Below, one piece after another: positions 29,852-40,149 of a stretch of DNA of 64,000 bases (position 1 is its first letter; each line of letters opens with the position of its first letter). The position numbers and the translations under genes were made by a program. The stretch comes from SAR86 cluster bacterium. GTDB taxonomy: Bacteria > Pseudomonadota > Gammaproteobacteria > Magnimaribacterales > TMED112. The notes below the pieces were generated by a model. That model was not told the origin of the DNA, did no database searches, and saw only the letters and a list, made by a program, of their open reading frames with translations. Where the stretch lies: positions 914 to 64,913 of the forward strand of contig QOPH01000005.1 of assembly GCA_003331635.1 (NCBI GenBank), in the 5' to 3' direction.

Positions 29852-31044
29852 ATAGAGTTGTCATAACAGGAATTGGAATAATATCTTGTCTGGGAAGAGG
29901 GCAGAGTGAGATCTTAGATGCCCTTTTAAATGCTAGATCAGGGCTCGAGTTGAACCAAGAGTATAAAGATAATGGAATGAGATGCCATGTTTCCGGAAAA
30001 ATGAAATTTTCTATCGATGAAATTGATAGGAAGATGGGAAGATTTATGAGTGAAACATCGGCTTATAGTTTCGTTGCTGCTGAAGAAGCTATAAAGGATT
30101 CTGGTTTAGAAAACGATGATATTGCAAATAATGAGACTGGAGTAATTGTAGGATCTGGAACTGGTTCAAGCAGAGAAATTAAACGTGTATTTGAAGCTTC
30201 AGAAAATGGCATAAAAAAAATTGGACCTTACTCAGTTACCCGAACAATGGGCAATACGACTTCTGCAGTAATTTCAACTTTTTTTCAAACAAAAGGAGTT
30301 TCACTTTCAATATCCTCTGCTTGTTCAACAAGCCTTCATTGTGTTTCACATGGATTTAACTTAATTAAAAATGGGGGACAAAAAATAGTCATTGCTGGAG
30401 GGTCAGAAGATGATCATTGGACTGGAGCAATGATGTTCGATGCAATGGGAGCGTTAAGTACAAAATATAATGAAACTCCAACAAAGGCCTCTAGACCGTA
30501 TGATATACACAGAGATGGCTTTATACCCTCAGGTGGTGGTGGAATTTTAATTCTTGAAGAATTAAATAACGCCAAAAAAAGAGGTGCAAAAATTTATGGT
30601 GAAATAGTTTCATGTGCTGAATCAAGTGATGGTTACAGTCTTGTTAGTCCTTCAGGGGATGGAGCTTTTAATTGTATGAAAAAATTATCAGGACTTGAGA
30701 CTGTAGATTATATTAATGCTCATGGAACAAGCACGCCTGCAGGGGACATATCTGAGATAGAGGCAATTTCAAAGGCTTTTGGAAGCAAAGTACCGCTAAT
30801 ATCCTCTACGAAGTCATTAACAGGGCACTCTTTAGGTGCTGCAGGTGTTCATGAGATAATTTATTCTCTTTTAATGATGAAAAATAATTTCTTGTGTGGC
30901 AGTCATAATATAGAAGAACTTGACCCTAAGGCAAAACCTTTTCCGATTCTTAAAGAAAATATAGAAAAAGAAATTAATTCTTTCATGTCGAATTCATTTG
31001 GTTTTGGTGGAACGAATGGTTCGATAATTATTAAAAAAATCTAG
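29848..31044 (+). CDS. fabB: beta-ketoacyl-ACP synthase I
   Basis: 398-aa ORF with active-site SSACSTS, NAHGTSTPAGD and TGHSLGAAG (FabB-type Ser). N-terminal region parallels E. coli FabB. Confidence 0.85.
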   Translation: MNRVVITGIGIISCLGRGQSEILDALLNARSGLELNQEYKDNGMRCHVSGKMKFSIDEIDRKMGRFMSETSAYSFVAAEEAIKDSGLENDDIANNETGVIVGSGTGSSREIKRVFEASENGIKKIGPYSVTRTMGNTTSAVISTFFQTKGVSLSISSACSTSLHCVSHGFNLIKNGGQKIVIAGGSEDDHWTGAMMFDAMGALSTKYNETPTKASRPYDIHRDGFIPSGGGGILILEELNNAKKRGAKIYGEIVSCAESSDGYSLVSPSGDGAFNCMKKLSGLETVDYINAHGTSTPAGDISEIEAISKAFGSKVPLISSTKSLTGHSLGAAGVHEIIYSLLMMKNNFLCGSHNIEELDPKAKPFPILKENIEKEINSFMSNSFGFGGTNGSIIIKKI

Positions 31045-31457
31045 AAAGGAATCTCGTCATCAATTGGAGGTGGTTTCTGTTCATCTATTTGAGGAGCCGC
31101 TCCCGCTTCGTTTGATGATGATTTAGAACCTAGCATTGTTAGTTCTCTTGCTATGACTTCAGTTGTGTACTTCTTTTCACCTTTATTATCTTCCCAAGAT
31201 CTTGTTTGAAGTTTACCTTCAACATAAATTTGCGAACCTTTTTTTAAATACTCTTGAGCAATTTCAGCTAAACGATTAAAGAGAACAACTCTATGCCATT
31301 CAACCTTTTCTTTTTGCTCTCCAGAACTTTTATCTTTCCATCTTTCAGTAGTAGCTACAGACAAATTCGCTACAGGACTGCCAGCCTGTGTAAATTTCAC
31401 ATCTGGATCAGCTCCTAAATTTCCAATAATTAATACTTTATTTAGACCGTTAGACAT
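31041..31457 (-). CDS. ssb: single-stranded DNA-binding protein
   Basis: 138-aa ORF with an OB fold (LIIGNLGADPDV...WHRVVLF) and acidic tip DDEIPF. Divergent from uvrA. Confidence 0.94.
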   Translation of the reverse strand: MSNGLNKVLIIGNLGADPDVKFTQAGSPVANLSVATTERWKDKSSGEQKEKVEWHRVVLFNRLAEIAQEYLKKGSQIYVEGKLQTRSWEDNKGEKKYTTEVIARELTMLGSKSSSNEAGAAPQIDEQKPPPIDDEIPF

Positions 31458-31498
31458 ATAAGTAATCTATAATAAAACTTCTACTCGATTGTATCAAA

Positions 31499-34291
31499 TT
31501 GAAATTTATAGAAGTAAAAGGAGCTAAGGCTCATAACTTAAAAAATGTCTCTCTTAAAATTCCAAGAGATAAGCTTACTGTAATAACAGGGCTTTCTGGA
31601 TCTGGTAAATCCTCTTTAGCTTTTGACACTATATATGCTGAAGGGCAAAGAAGATACGTTGAATCACTCTCAACATATGCTAGGCAGTTTTTATCTGTAA
31701 TGGATAAGGCAGATATAGAATCAATAGAGGGATTGTCACCATCAATTTCAATTCAACAAAAATCAACCTCTCATAATCCAAGGTCAACAGTTGGGACTAT
31801 TACTGAGATTCATGACTATTTACGACTGCTTTTCGCAAGAGTTGGTATACCAAAATGTCCAGATCATGGGCTAGAGCTAGATGCTAAACCAGTTACTGTT
31901 ATGGTAGCTAATGTAATCCAAAAGGAATTAGGGAATAAAATTTCTGTATTTGCTCCCATAGTTATGGATGGCAAGGGAGAACATGTTGAACTTCTTTCTC
32001 AACTTATGGCTGAGGGATTCACAAAAGTAAGTATTGATGGAGAAATTTATCAAATAAATAAAGTTCCAATTTTAGAAAAAAATATAAAGCATAATATATC
32101 TGTTTTGGTTGATCAGCTTATGATTGAAGATGAAGATGATTGTAAACAAAGACTTACAGAATCTATAGAAACTGCATTGAGATTTTCAGAAGGATCAGTT
32201 GACATACAATCTGGGGGCGAAAATTTTCGATTATCAAATAAACATTCGTGTCCAGAGTGCAATTTTTCTTTACAAGAGTTAGAGCCAAAAATATTTTCTT
32301 TTAATAATCCTAGTGGTGCTTGTGAAGAATGTGATGGCCTTGGTACTAATACATATTTCGATGAAGATAAGATAGTTAAATATAAAAACCTAAGTGTCAT
32401 GCAGGGATGTATAGAGCCATGGAACACTCCTTATTACCAGTCAAAATTAATTGGAATTTTTGACCATCTTAAAGAAGATATAAATAAAAATTGGCAAAGT
32501 TTATCTGAAAAAACTAGAAAAAAAATCTTATGGGGAATAAATGAAAAAATTACATTTAAAGATCTCACAAATCAAGAAAATAAAAAGGAAAACTTTGAAG
32601 GCGTAATTCCATCACTTCAGAGACAATATAATCGTACAGACTCGTTTTTTATCAGAGAAAAAATTAGTGGCTATATATCAGAGAAAAAATGTGAAAGTTG
32701 TGGTGGAAAAAGACTGAATGCTATTTCAAGAAACGTTTTTGTTGATGGTTTTAATCTTCCTGAAATTAGTGACTTAAAGATTGATGATGCTCTTGAAATA
32801 GTAAATAACTTAAATCTTACTGGGAATAAATTAGAGATTGCAGAGAAAATTTGTAAAGAAATTAGCCTAAGACTTTCTTTTTTGAAAGATGTGGGACTAA
32901 ATTATTTAAATCTCTCAAGAAGTGCTCAAACACTTTCAGGTGGTGAAGCACAAAGAATTAGACTGGCTAGCCAAATTGGTTCAGGTCTTGTTGGGGTAAT
33001 CTATGTGCTTGATGAGCCTTCAATTGGCTTGCATCAAAGAGATAACCAAAAACTGATAAATACTCTTATAAAGTTAAGAGATCTTGGAAACACAGTAATT
33101 GTAGTTGAGCACGATGAAGAAATGATAAAGTCTGCTGACCATGTAATAGATCTTGGAATTGGTGCAGGAATTCATGGTGGAGAAATTATTGCTGAGGGTA
33201 ATTTAGAAGAAATCAAAAAAAATAAAAGATCGCTTACAGCAAAATATCTGAGAGGAGAAAAAGAAATAAGTATCTCAAAAGATCAGAGAGTTGCTTCCAA
33301 TAAATCTATATTAATTTCTGGAGCACATACTAATAATTTAAAAAATGTAAGTGTTGATATTCCATTAAATAAATTAGTTTCTATTACGGGAGTTTCTGGT
33401 TCTGGAAAATCATCACTTATAAATCATACTTTGATACCTGCACTAAATGAAAAACTGCATGGACATAAAGTTCCAGACTCAACAGAATTTAAAAAAGTTA
33501 TGGGAGAAGAACATATTGATAAACTTATATCTATCGATCAAAGCCCTATAGGCAAAACACCAAGATCTAATCCTGCAACTTATACAGGCTTATTCACATA
33601 TATAAGAGAAATCTTCTCAAATACTAAAGAAGCACGCACTAGAGGATATAAACCAGGTAGATTTAGTTTTAACGTTGAAGGGGGAAGATGTGAAAATTGT
33701 AGAGGAGAGGGTTGGGTAAAGGTTGAAATGCATTTCCTTCCAGATTTATATGTTGAATGTGATGTTTGTAAAGGTAAAAGATTTAGAGATGATACATTAC
33801 AAATTAAATTTAAGAAAAAAAACATACATGAAATTCTTGAAATGACAGTTGAAGAAGCAACAGAGTTCTTTAGTTCAATACCTCAAATTCTTAAAAAATT
33901 AGTTACACTGCAGGACGTAGGGCTGTCTTATGTAAAACTTGGCCAAGCTGCAAACACTTTATCTGGTGGCGAAGCTCAAAGGGTAAAATTATCGAAAGAA
34001 CTTTCTAAAAGAGATACTGGAAAAACTCTTTATATTTTGGATGAACCTACTACTGGACTTCATTTTCATGATATCCAAATGCTAATGAATGTGCTTAACC
34101 AGTTAGTAAGCAAAGGTAATTCAGTATTAGTTATAGAACATAATTTAGATGTAATTCGACTTTCAGATTGGATAATCGATCTTGGCCCAGAAGGTGGAGA
34201 TGGCGGGGGGATGGTAGTTGCTGAAGGTGATTTAAAAGCTATCTTAAAAAATAAAAAGTCTTTTACCGGTCAAATGTTAAAGATTACCTAA
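31499..34291 (+). CDS. uvrA: excinuclease ABC subunit A (TTG start)
   Basis: 930-aa ORF. Codon at 31499-31501 is TTG, and alignment to E. coli UvrA begins there ([16 protein letters not shown]). Two ABC modules ([18 protein letters not shown]) and Cys-rich zinc modules. Confidence 0.97.
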   Translation: MKFIEVKGAKAHNLKNVSLKIPRDKLTVITGLSGSGKSSLAFDTIYAEGQRRYVESLSTYARQFLSVMDKADIESIEGLSPSISIQQKSTSHNPRSTVGTITEIHDYLRLLFARVGIPKCPDHGLELDAKPVTVMVANVIQKELGNKISVFAPIVMDGKGEHVELLSQLMAEGFTKVSIDGEIYQINKVPILEKNIKHNISVLVDQLMIEDEDDCKQRLTESIETALRFSEGSVDIQSGGENFRLSNKHSCPECNFSLQELEPKIFSFNNPSGACEECDGLGTNTYFDEDKIVKYKNLSVMQGCIEPWNTPYYQSKLIGIFDHLKEDINKNWQSLSEKTRKKILWGINEKITFKDLTNQENKKENFEGVIPSLQRQYNRTDSFFIREKISGYISEKKCESCGGKRLNAISRNVFVDGFNLPEISDLKIDDALEIVNNLNLTGNKLEIAEKICKEISLRLSFLKDVGLNYLNLSRSAQTLSGGEAQRIRLASQIGSGLVGVIYVLDEPSIGLHQRDNQKLINTLIKLRDLGNTVIVVEHDEEMIKSADHVIDLGIGAGIHGGEIIAEGNLEEIKKNKRSLTAKYLRGEKEISISKDQRVASNKSILISGAHTNNLKNVSVDIPLNKLVSITGVSGSGKSSLINHTLIPALNEKLHGHKVPDSTEFKKVMGEEHIDKLISIDQSPIGKTPRSNPATYTGLFTYIREIFSNTKEARTRGYKPGRFSFNVEGGRCENCRGEGWVKVEMHFLPDLYVECDVCKGKRFRDDTLQIKFKKKNIHEILEMTVEEATEFFSSIPQILKKLVTLQDVGLSYVKLGQAANTLSGGEAQRVKLSKELSKRDTGKTLYILDEPTTGLHFHDIQMLMNVLNQLVSKGNSVLVIEHNLDVIRLSDWIIDLGPEGGDGGGMVVAEGDLKAILKNKKSFTGQMLKIT

Positions 34292-35006
34292 ATGGATTTT
34301 TAACAAATCTTTTCCACCAGCTTTCTTTCTTTTCCTCTTTCTTAGGAGCTGGTTTTTTAGCTTCTACTTTTTGGTCAACTTCTTTCTTAGGAGCTGGTTT
34401 TTTCTCCTCTTCTTTTTTAGCAACTTCTTTCTTAGGAGCTGGTTTTTTCTCCTCTTCTTTTTTAGCAACTTCCTTCTTAGGAGTTGGTTTTTTCTCTTCC
34501 ACTTTCTTTGAAGAAGGTTTTTTAGCTTCTTTTTCTACGGTGTCAGTTTCAGATGCACTTTTAATTTGGGTTTGTTCTGGAACTGGTGCTATTTCGGGTG
34601 GAGTAATAGCATTATCTTCTAAAGTTGTATCAGAGAGACTTTTTTCAGGATCTCTACAAGTCAATTCAACAAAACACATGTCTGCTTTATCTCCTGGTCT
34701 AAATCCAGCCTTAATAATTCTTAAATAACCTCCATTTGTTTCAGATAATTTTGGTGATATATCAGAAAAAAGTTTAGATGCAGCAGTTTGAGAATTTAGT
34801 GATGAAATAACTTTTCTTCTATTATGAAGTGTATCTTTTTTTGATTTAGTTATAAGAGGCTCTAAAAATGTACGAAGATATTTTCCTTTTTCGACTGTAG
34901 TTTTTACAATTTCATGCTCTATAAGAGAGATAGCTAGATTCCTCATCATTGCTGTTCTATGTGATGATGTTCTGCTAAATCTTCTACTAAGCTTTCTATG
35001 TCTCAT
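34284..35006 (-). CDS. rplQ: 50S ribosomal protein L17 with about 124-aa C-terminal extension
   Basis: 240-aa ORF. First ~116 aa are canonical L17 (MRHRKLSRRFSRTSSHR). The rest is a T/E/P then K/E/P-rich repeat tail ending [12 protein letters not shown]. Confidence 0.95.
   Translation of the reverse strand: MRHRKLSRRFSRTSSHRTAMMRNLAISLIEHEIVKTTVEKGKYLRTFLEPLITKSKKDTLHNRRKVISSLNSQTAASKLFSDISPKLSETNGGYLRIIKAGFRPGDKADMCFVELTCRDPEKSLSDTTLEDNAITPPEIAPVPEQTQIKSASETDTVEKEAKKPSSKKVEEKKPTPKKEVAKKEEEKKPAPKKEVAKKEEEKKPAPKKEVDQKVEAKKPAPKKEEKKESWWKRFVKNPFR
34326..34526 (-). repeat. in-frame 45-nt tandem repeat (about 4 units, 2 near-identical) encoding KKPAPKKEVAKKEEE (L17 tail)
   Basis: Plus strand cttaggagctggttttttctcctcttcttttttagcaacttcttt occurs twice with one mismatch, flanked by diverged copies. 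Confidence 0.9.
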
Positions 35007-35007
35007 T

Positions 35008-35961
35008 TTACATTGGTGGCCAGTTTTTCAGCACAGTTCCGAGAGACAAACCTCTTGATCCAAGTTCGTCTTTAATTTCATTTAATGACTTTTTTCCTAG
35101 GTTTGGTGTTTTTAGTAAATCCATTTCAGACCTTTGTATTAAATCTCCTATTAAAAAAATACTTTCTGCTTTCAAACAATTTGTTGATCTCACTGTTAAT
35201 TCGAGCTCTTCAATAGATCTCAATAAAAGTGGATCAAAATCGTATTTATCTTTTCTCTTTTCTTTTCTTGAAACAAGTTCCTCATCAACAAAAACTGCTA
35301 ACTGATGCTGTAGAATTGTTGCAGCAAATTTAATTGCTTGCTTAGCATCGATAGTTCCGTCTGTTTCTAGCTCTAAAATTAATTTATCTAAATCTGTTCT
35401 GTTTTCTACTCTGGTGTTCTCAACTTTGTAATTTACTCTTTTGACTGGTGAATAAATTGCATCAAGATGAAGTGAGTCAACACCTTTTTTCTCATTATTT
35501 TCGGCTGGTTCATACCCCACTCCTGTGCAAACTTTTAAAGTCATAACAAGTTTTTTTGGCTCCACGAGTGTTGCAATAACATGATTTGGATCAATTATTT
35601 CTACTCCTGCAGGTACTTCTAAATCTGATGCAAGAATTGTTTTTGGTTTTTTAATGTCAAGCTTTAGTTCGGCCTCATTTGAACCATCAAGTTTAATTGC
35701 CATATCTTTTAGGTTTAACAAAATATCTAAAATATCTTCTTTAACTCCCTCTATTGTTCCGTATTCATGGGCAACACCTTCAATTTTCACTTCAGTGACA
35801 GCTGCCCCCGGCATATAGGACAATAAGATTCTTCTTAAACTATGTCCAATTGTGTAACCAAACCCTCTTTCAAAAGGCTCCAAAACAACTTTTAAATTGT
35901 TCTTATCTACTTCTTCGACTTTTGCAACTTCTGGTGCAAGCACATTCAATTTTTCTTCCAT
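35008..35961 (-). CDS. rpoA: DNA-directed RNA polymerase subunit alpha
   Basis: 317-aa [18 protein letters not shown]-terminal domain and C-terminal domain with [12 protein letters not shown]. Confidence 0.97.
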   Translation of the reverse strand: MEEKLNVLAPEVAKVEEVDKNNLKVVLEPFERGFGYTIGHSLRRILLSYMPGAAVTEVKIEGVAHEYGTIEGVKEDILDILLNLKDMAIKLDGSNEAELKLDIKKPKTILASDLEVPAGVEIIDPNHVIATLVEPKKLVMTLKVCTGVGYEPAENNEKKGVDSLHLDAIYSPVKRVNYKVENTRVENRTDLDKLILELETDGTIDAKQAIKFAATILQHQLAVFVDEELVSRKEKRKDKYDFDPLLLRSIEELELTVRSTNCLKAESIFLIGDLIQRSEMDLLKTPNLGKKSLNEIKDELGSRGLSLGTVLKNWPPM

Positions 35962-35972
35962 TTTTCCCTCTA

Positions 35973-36590
35973 TTACTTTGAATACAACTCAATAATTAAA
36001 TTCTCATTAATTTCAGAACTTAATTCGGATCTGTCAGGGTAAGTAACAAACTTCCCTTTCATATCATCAAAGCTCACCTCAAGCCAACTGAGTCCATCTT
36101 TGGATTTCGCTAGTTCAACAGCAGCTTTAATTCTTAGTTGTTCTTTATTTTTTTCTCTAACAGTAACTTCATCTCCAGGTTTCAAGTCATAAGATGGAAT
36201 ATTTACAACCTTTCCGTTTACCTCCACAGATTTATGATTTACTACTTGTCTTGCTTCTGCTCTAGTAGTTGCAAATCCCATTCTATAAACCACATTATCA
36301 AGTCTTGATTCCAGAAGGTTTAATAAGTTTTCACCTGTATTACCTTTCATTCTCGCTGATTTTAAGTAGTAATTTCTAAATTGTTTTTCCAAGATGCCAT
36401 ACATTCTTTTAACTTTTTGCTTTTCTCTTAGTTGATTACCATAATCTGACAATCTTCCTCGAGTCATAGCATTACCCGGTTTTTTCTCAAGTTTACACTT
36501 TGACTCGATAGCCCTTGTGCCAGAGGTCAACATTAAATCTGTTCCTTCTCTTCTAGATAATCTTAGTCTTGGTCCTCTATATCTTGCCAA
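35973..36590 (-). CDS. rpsD: 30S ribosomal protein S4
   Basis: 205-aa ORF starting [16 protein letters not shown]. Alpha-operon position. Confidence 0.96.
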   Translation of the reverse strand: MARYRGPRLRLSRREGTDLMLTSGTRAIESKCKLEKKPGNAMTRGRLSDYGNQLREKQKVKRMYGILEKQFRNYYLKSARMKGNTGENLLNLLESRLDNVVYRMGFATTRAEARQVVNHKSVEVNGKVVNIPSYDLKPGDEVTVREKNKEQLRIKAAVELAKSKDGLSWLEVSFDDMKGKFVTYPDRSELSSEINENLIIELYSK

Positions 36591-36965
36591 TTAAACTCTC
36601 CTCTTCTTAGGTGGTCTGCACCCATTATGTGGTAGTGGTGTAACATCAGTAATTTTATTGATCCGCAAACCACAACCGTTTAATGCTCTAATTGAGGATT
36701 CTCTACCGGCACCAGGACCTTTAACCCTAACTTCAACATTTACCATGCCCATGTCTTTCGCCATAGTCCCAGCTCTTTCAGCAGCAATCTGAGCAGCAAA
36801 AGGAGTGCTTTTTCTTGATCCTTTAAATCCAGATCCACCAGATGTTGCCCAACAAACTGCATTACCACCCATATCAGTAATGGTAATGATGGTGTTGTTA
36901 AAGCTAGCATTTATATGAGCTATGCCGTCAGTAACTATTTTTTTTGTTTTCTTTTTAACTGCCAT
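36591..36965 (-). CDS. rpsK: 30S ribosomal protein S11
   Basis: 124-aa ORF with [18 protein letters not shown]. Alpha-operon position. Confidence 0.96.
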   Translation of the reverse strand: MAVKKKTKKIVTDGIAHINASFNNTIITITDMGGNAVCWATSGGSGFKGSRKSTPFAAQIAAERAGTMAKDMGMVNVEVRVKGPGAGRESSIRALNGCGLRINKITDVTPLPHNGCRPPKKRRV

Positions 36966-37321
36966 TATGCCTTAATTGCTTTTTTTGGACCTTTTCTTGT
37001 TCTTGCATTAGTCTTAGTTCTTTGTCCTCTTAGAGGTAGACCTTTTCTATGTCTAATACCTCTGTAACAACCTAAATCCATTAATCTTTTTATGTTGTAG
37101 TTTATGTCTCGTCTTAAGTCACCTTCAACTTGATAATTTTTTAGTTCATCCCTTATTTTATCGAGCTCTCCGTCACTGAGTTCTGAAACTTTCTTTGAAT
37201 ACGGTATTTTAAACTTATCACAAATATTTTGTGCTGTTTTTCTACCAATCCCAAATATACTTGTTAAAGAAACATCAACATGTTTGTTATCAGGTATATT
37301 TATTCCACCAACTCTTGCCAT
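36965..37321 (-). CDS. rpsM: 30S ribosomal protein S13
   Basis: 118-aa ORF starting [15 protein letters not shown]. Confidence 0.96.
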   Translation of the reverse strand: MARVGGINIPDNKHVDVSLTSIFGIGRKTAQNICDKFKIPYSKKVSELSDGELDKIRDELKNYQVEGDLRRDINYNIKRLMDLGCYRGIRHRKGLPLRGQRTKTNARTRKGPKKAIKA

Positions 37322-37323
37322 AT

Positions 37324-37437
37324 TTATCCTTGTCTTTGTTTATGTCTTTTATTTTTGCAAATAACAAAAAGTGTTCCTGTCCTTTTTACTATTTTGCAAT
37401 TTTTACAAATTCTTTTTACTGACGATCTAACTTTCAT
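37324..37437 (-). CDS. rpmJ: 50S ribosomal protein L36
   Basis: Not in ORF track (37 aa). Reverse complement reads [37 protein letters not shown]-stop with the CxxC...C...H zinc motif. Its ATG overlaps the secY TGA (ATGA). Confidence 0.92.
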   Translation of the reverse strand: MKVRSSVKRICKNCKIVKRTGTLFVICKNKRHKQRQG

Positions 37438-38732
37438 CTTCTTTTACTCTTTTTTGAGCCCGAAATATTAGCATTTTTCAGGATAGATTGATATTGTTGG
37501 CTCATTATGTATGACTGGATTTGTCTTTGTAGATCAAGCATAACTACAACAACAATTAATACAGATGTTCCTCCTAGATAAAAAGAGACCCCAAAACTAT
37601 TGATAAGTACCAGTGGCAAAATACAAACAAGTGATAAGTAGAATGAACCAAAAACTGTTAGTCTTGAAAGAATTAAATCAATAAATGAAGCAGTTTGCTC
37701 TCCGGGCCTTATTCCAGGAATAAAAGCACCACCTTTTTTTAGATTTTCAGCAATATCATTAGAACTAAAAGTCAATGCCAGCCAGATGTAGCAAAATGAA
37801 ACAATTAAAATAATAAATAAAAGAATGTAAAGAGGCTGTCCTGGGTTTAAATAAAGAGAAAATTCTTGCAAACCACCTAGGCCATCGATGTTTCCAAACC
37901 ATGATGATAGGGAAGCAGGAAAAAGTAAGAATGTACTTGCGAATATAGCCGGTATTACGCCCGACATGTTTAGTTTTAGAGGAAGGAAGCTTGATGGAGC
38001 TTGAATCATGCCTCTAACTTGATTTCTTTGAGCGTAATTTACAGTAATTTTTCTTTGTGCATTTTCAACAAAAACTACAAAAGCAACAACAAGAAGGGTA
38101 AGTACTGCTAAAACTATAAGCAACAAGTAATTTAGGTCTCCCTGCTGTGTTTGCTCCAACGCTTGACCAAATGCTCTTGGTACACCAGTGATTATACTAG
38201 TAGCGATAATAATAGAAATTCCGTTACCTATACCTCTTTCAGAGATTTGCTCTCCTAACCACATTAAAAACATAGTTCCAGTGACTATCGATATAACTGC
38301 CACAAAGGCACTAAAAATACTTCCAGCATCTATTAAACCAGCTGTTTGTAATGTAACTGTTAAAGCAGAAGACTGAATTAACGCAAATATTACAGTCCCA
38401 TAACGTGTGTACTGAGTAATTTTATTCCTGCCAGCTTGACCATCTTTTTTTAATTCCTGAAGGTAAGGTACAGAATTTGAAAAAAGTTGCATCACAATAG
38501 CTGAAGAAATGTAGGGCACAACACTTAAAGCAAATATACTCATCCTTTCTAAAGCACCACCAGAAAATAAATTAAAATATTGAAGAATTGTTCCTTGGCT
38601 CTGTTGAAACAAAGCAGCAACCTGTTCAGGATTTATGCCAGGTATTGGTATATGAGTACCAATTCTATACACGACTAGAGCTATAGCAAGGAATCCTAGT
38701 CTGCTCCACAATTCAGACATTGAATTATTCAA
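37434..38732 (-). CDS. secY: preprotein translocase subunit SecY
   Basis: 432-aa polytopic ORF between rplO and rpmJ. Confidence 0.96.
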   Translation of the reverse strand: MNNSMSELWSRLGFLAIALVVYRIGTHIPIPGINPEQVAALFQQSQGTILQYFNLFSGGALERMSIFALSVVPYISSAIVMQLFSNSVPYLQELKKDGQAGRNKITQYTRYGTVIFALIQSSALTVTLQTAGLIDAGSIFSAFVAVISIVTGTMFLMWLGEQISERGIGNGISIIIATSIITGVPRAFGQALEQTQQGDLNYLLLIVLAVLTLLVVAFVVFVENAQRKITVNYAQRNQVRGMIQAPSSFLPLKLNMSGVIPAIFASTFLLFPASLSSWFGNIDGLGGLQEFSLYLNPGQPLYILLFIILIVSFCYIWLALTFSSNDIAENLKKGGAFIPGIRPGEQTASFIDLILSRLTVFGSFYLSLVCILPLVLINSFGVSFYLGGTSVLIVVVVMLDLQRQIQSYIMSQQYQSILKNANISGSKKSKRR

Positions 38733-39129
38733 ACTTTACTCCTTTTGAACATTTAATATTTTCATCAGTAGGTTTTTTCAAAAGCTTACCTTCCCCGAAG
38801 ATTTTTACTTTTTTGATATTTTTTTTAATAAACCCTAATTTTTTTAGATTTTGAATGCTTATATCTTTTACATTCTCGAGAACTTTTACGTTTAATTCCT
38901 GTGTTACTCGAGAGACTCTTGAGCTAAAACCAAATTTTGGTACACGCATCTGCAATGGCATTTGTCCGCCTTCAAAACCAAGCCTAATATTTCCACCTGA
39001 TCTTGATTTTTGACCTTTATGTCCTCTACCTGCTGTTTTTCCAATACCTGAGCCGGCACCTCTACCAACTCTCTTTCTGTTTGATCTGGACTTTCTATCA
39101 CTTAAATTATTTAAAGCTATTTTTTCCAT
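38725..39129 (-). CDS. rplO: 50S ribosomal protein L15
   Basis: 134-aa ORF with [27 protein letters not shown]. Confidence 0.95.
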   Translation of the reverse strand: MEKIALNNLSDRKSRSNRKRVGRGAGSGIGKTAGRGHKGQKSRSGGNIRLGFEGGQMPLQMRVPKFGFSSRVSRVTQELNVKVLENVKDISIQNLKKLGFIKKNIKKVKIFGEGKLLKKPTDENIKCSKGVKFE

Positions 39130-39314
39130 TATTTTTTGACCTCTTCAACTTCCAGCATATATTCAACTTTGTTGATCATTCCTCTAATGGAGGGGGTATC
39201 TTCAAGAATTTTTTCATCACCAATTTTTTTCAGACCTAAACCTGATATACAAAGCTTATGATCCTTTTTTCTACCTATAAGACTTTTTAATTGCTTAACT
39301 CTGACTTTGCTCAT
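39129..39314 (-). CDS. rpmD: 50S ribosomal protein L30
   Basis: 61-aa ORF. spc-operon position between rpsE and rplO. Confidence 0.93.
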   Translation of the reverse strand: MSKVRVKQLKSLIGRKKDHKLCISGLGLKKIGDEKILEDTPSIRGMINKVEYMLEVEEVKK

Positions 39315-39799
39315 TTTCCACGCCTCTCTTTTACGCTGTCTGGAGACTCCATTTTTGCTAATCCATTAATTGTTGCTCTAACAACATTTATTGGGTTTGT
39401 AGATCCGTAACACTTTGCAAGAACGTTTTTTATTCCAACCAACTCAAGCACAGCTCTCATTGCACCACCAGCAATAATCCCAGTACCTTCAGATGCTGGC
39501 TGCATATAGACTTTTGTTGCTGAACTTTTTTCTGTAACAGGGTACCAGAGTGTATTTCCGTTTAATTCTACATTTACTAGACTCTTTTTTGCCTCATCTA
39601 GAGCTTTTTGGATTGCAACTGGAACTTCTTTAGCTTTCCCTCTACCGTAACCAACTCTTCCATTTCCATCTCCCACAACAGTAAGAGCAGTAAAGGACAT
39701 TACTCTTCCTCCTTTAACTGTTTTTGCAACTCTATTAATTTGAACAAGTTTCTCTTCAAGAGCATCTTGTTGATTATTTTGTAGATCTAAATTTTTCAT
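39311..39799 (-). CDS. rpsE: 30S ribosomal protein S5
   Basis: 162-aa ORF with [24 protein letters not shown]. Confidence 0.96.
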   Translation of the reverse strand: MKNLDLQNNQQDALEEKLVQINRVAKTVKGGRVMSFTALTVVGDGNGRVGYGRGKAKEVPVAIQKALDEAKKSLVNVELNGNTLWYPVTEKSSATKVYMQPASEGTGIIAGGAMRAVLELVGIKNVLAKCYGSTNPINVVRATINGLAKMESPDSVKERRGK

Positions 39800-40146
39800 T
39801 AAAATTCTAGTCCTCCTTCTCTAGCTCCTTCAGCTAATGCTTTTACTCTTCCATGATATTTGAATCCAGATCTATCGAACGAAACTTTTTTATGTCCTAA
39901 TTTAATTGTTTTAGCCGCAATTGTTTCACCTATTTTTTTAGCAGCTTCAATATTTCCTCCGTTTTTTCCTTTAAATTCTTTCTGATTAGTTGAGGCTGAA
40001 GCAAGAACTACTCCATTATTAGAGTCAATTAACTGCACTGAGATATTTTTAATTGATCTGCTTACACAAAGTCTCAAAGACTCTTTCTTCTTTAGAGAGG
40101 CTCTCAGCTTCTTAGTTCTTCTTATTCTTGTTTCTTTATTATTCAT
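39799..40146 (-). CDS. rplR: 50S ribosomal protein L18
   Basis: 115-aa ORF. spc position, with [27 protein letters not shown]-terminus. Confidence 0.96.
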   Translation of the reverse strand: MNNKETRIRRTKKLRASLKKKESLRLCVSRSIKNISVQLIDSNNGVVLASASTNQKEFKGKNGGNIEAAKKIGETIAAKTIKLGHKKVSFDRSGFKYHGRVKALAEGAREGGLEF

Positions 40147-40149
40147 TTT

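Noticed and set aside
31458-31498. LexA (SOS) box expected in the ssb/uvrA divergent spacer
   Set aside because: No CTGT-N8-ACAG-like palindrome is present in ataagtaatctataataaaacttctactcgattgtatcaaa, so it is not annotated.
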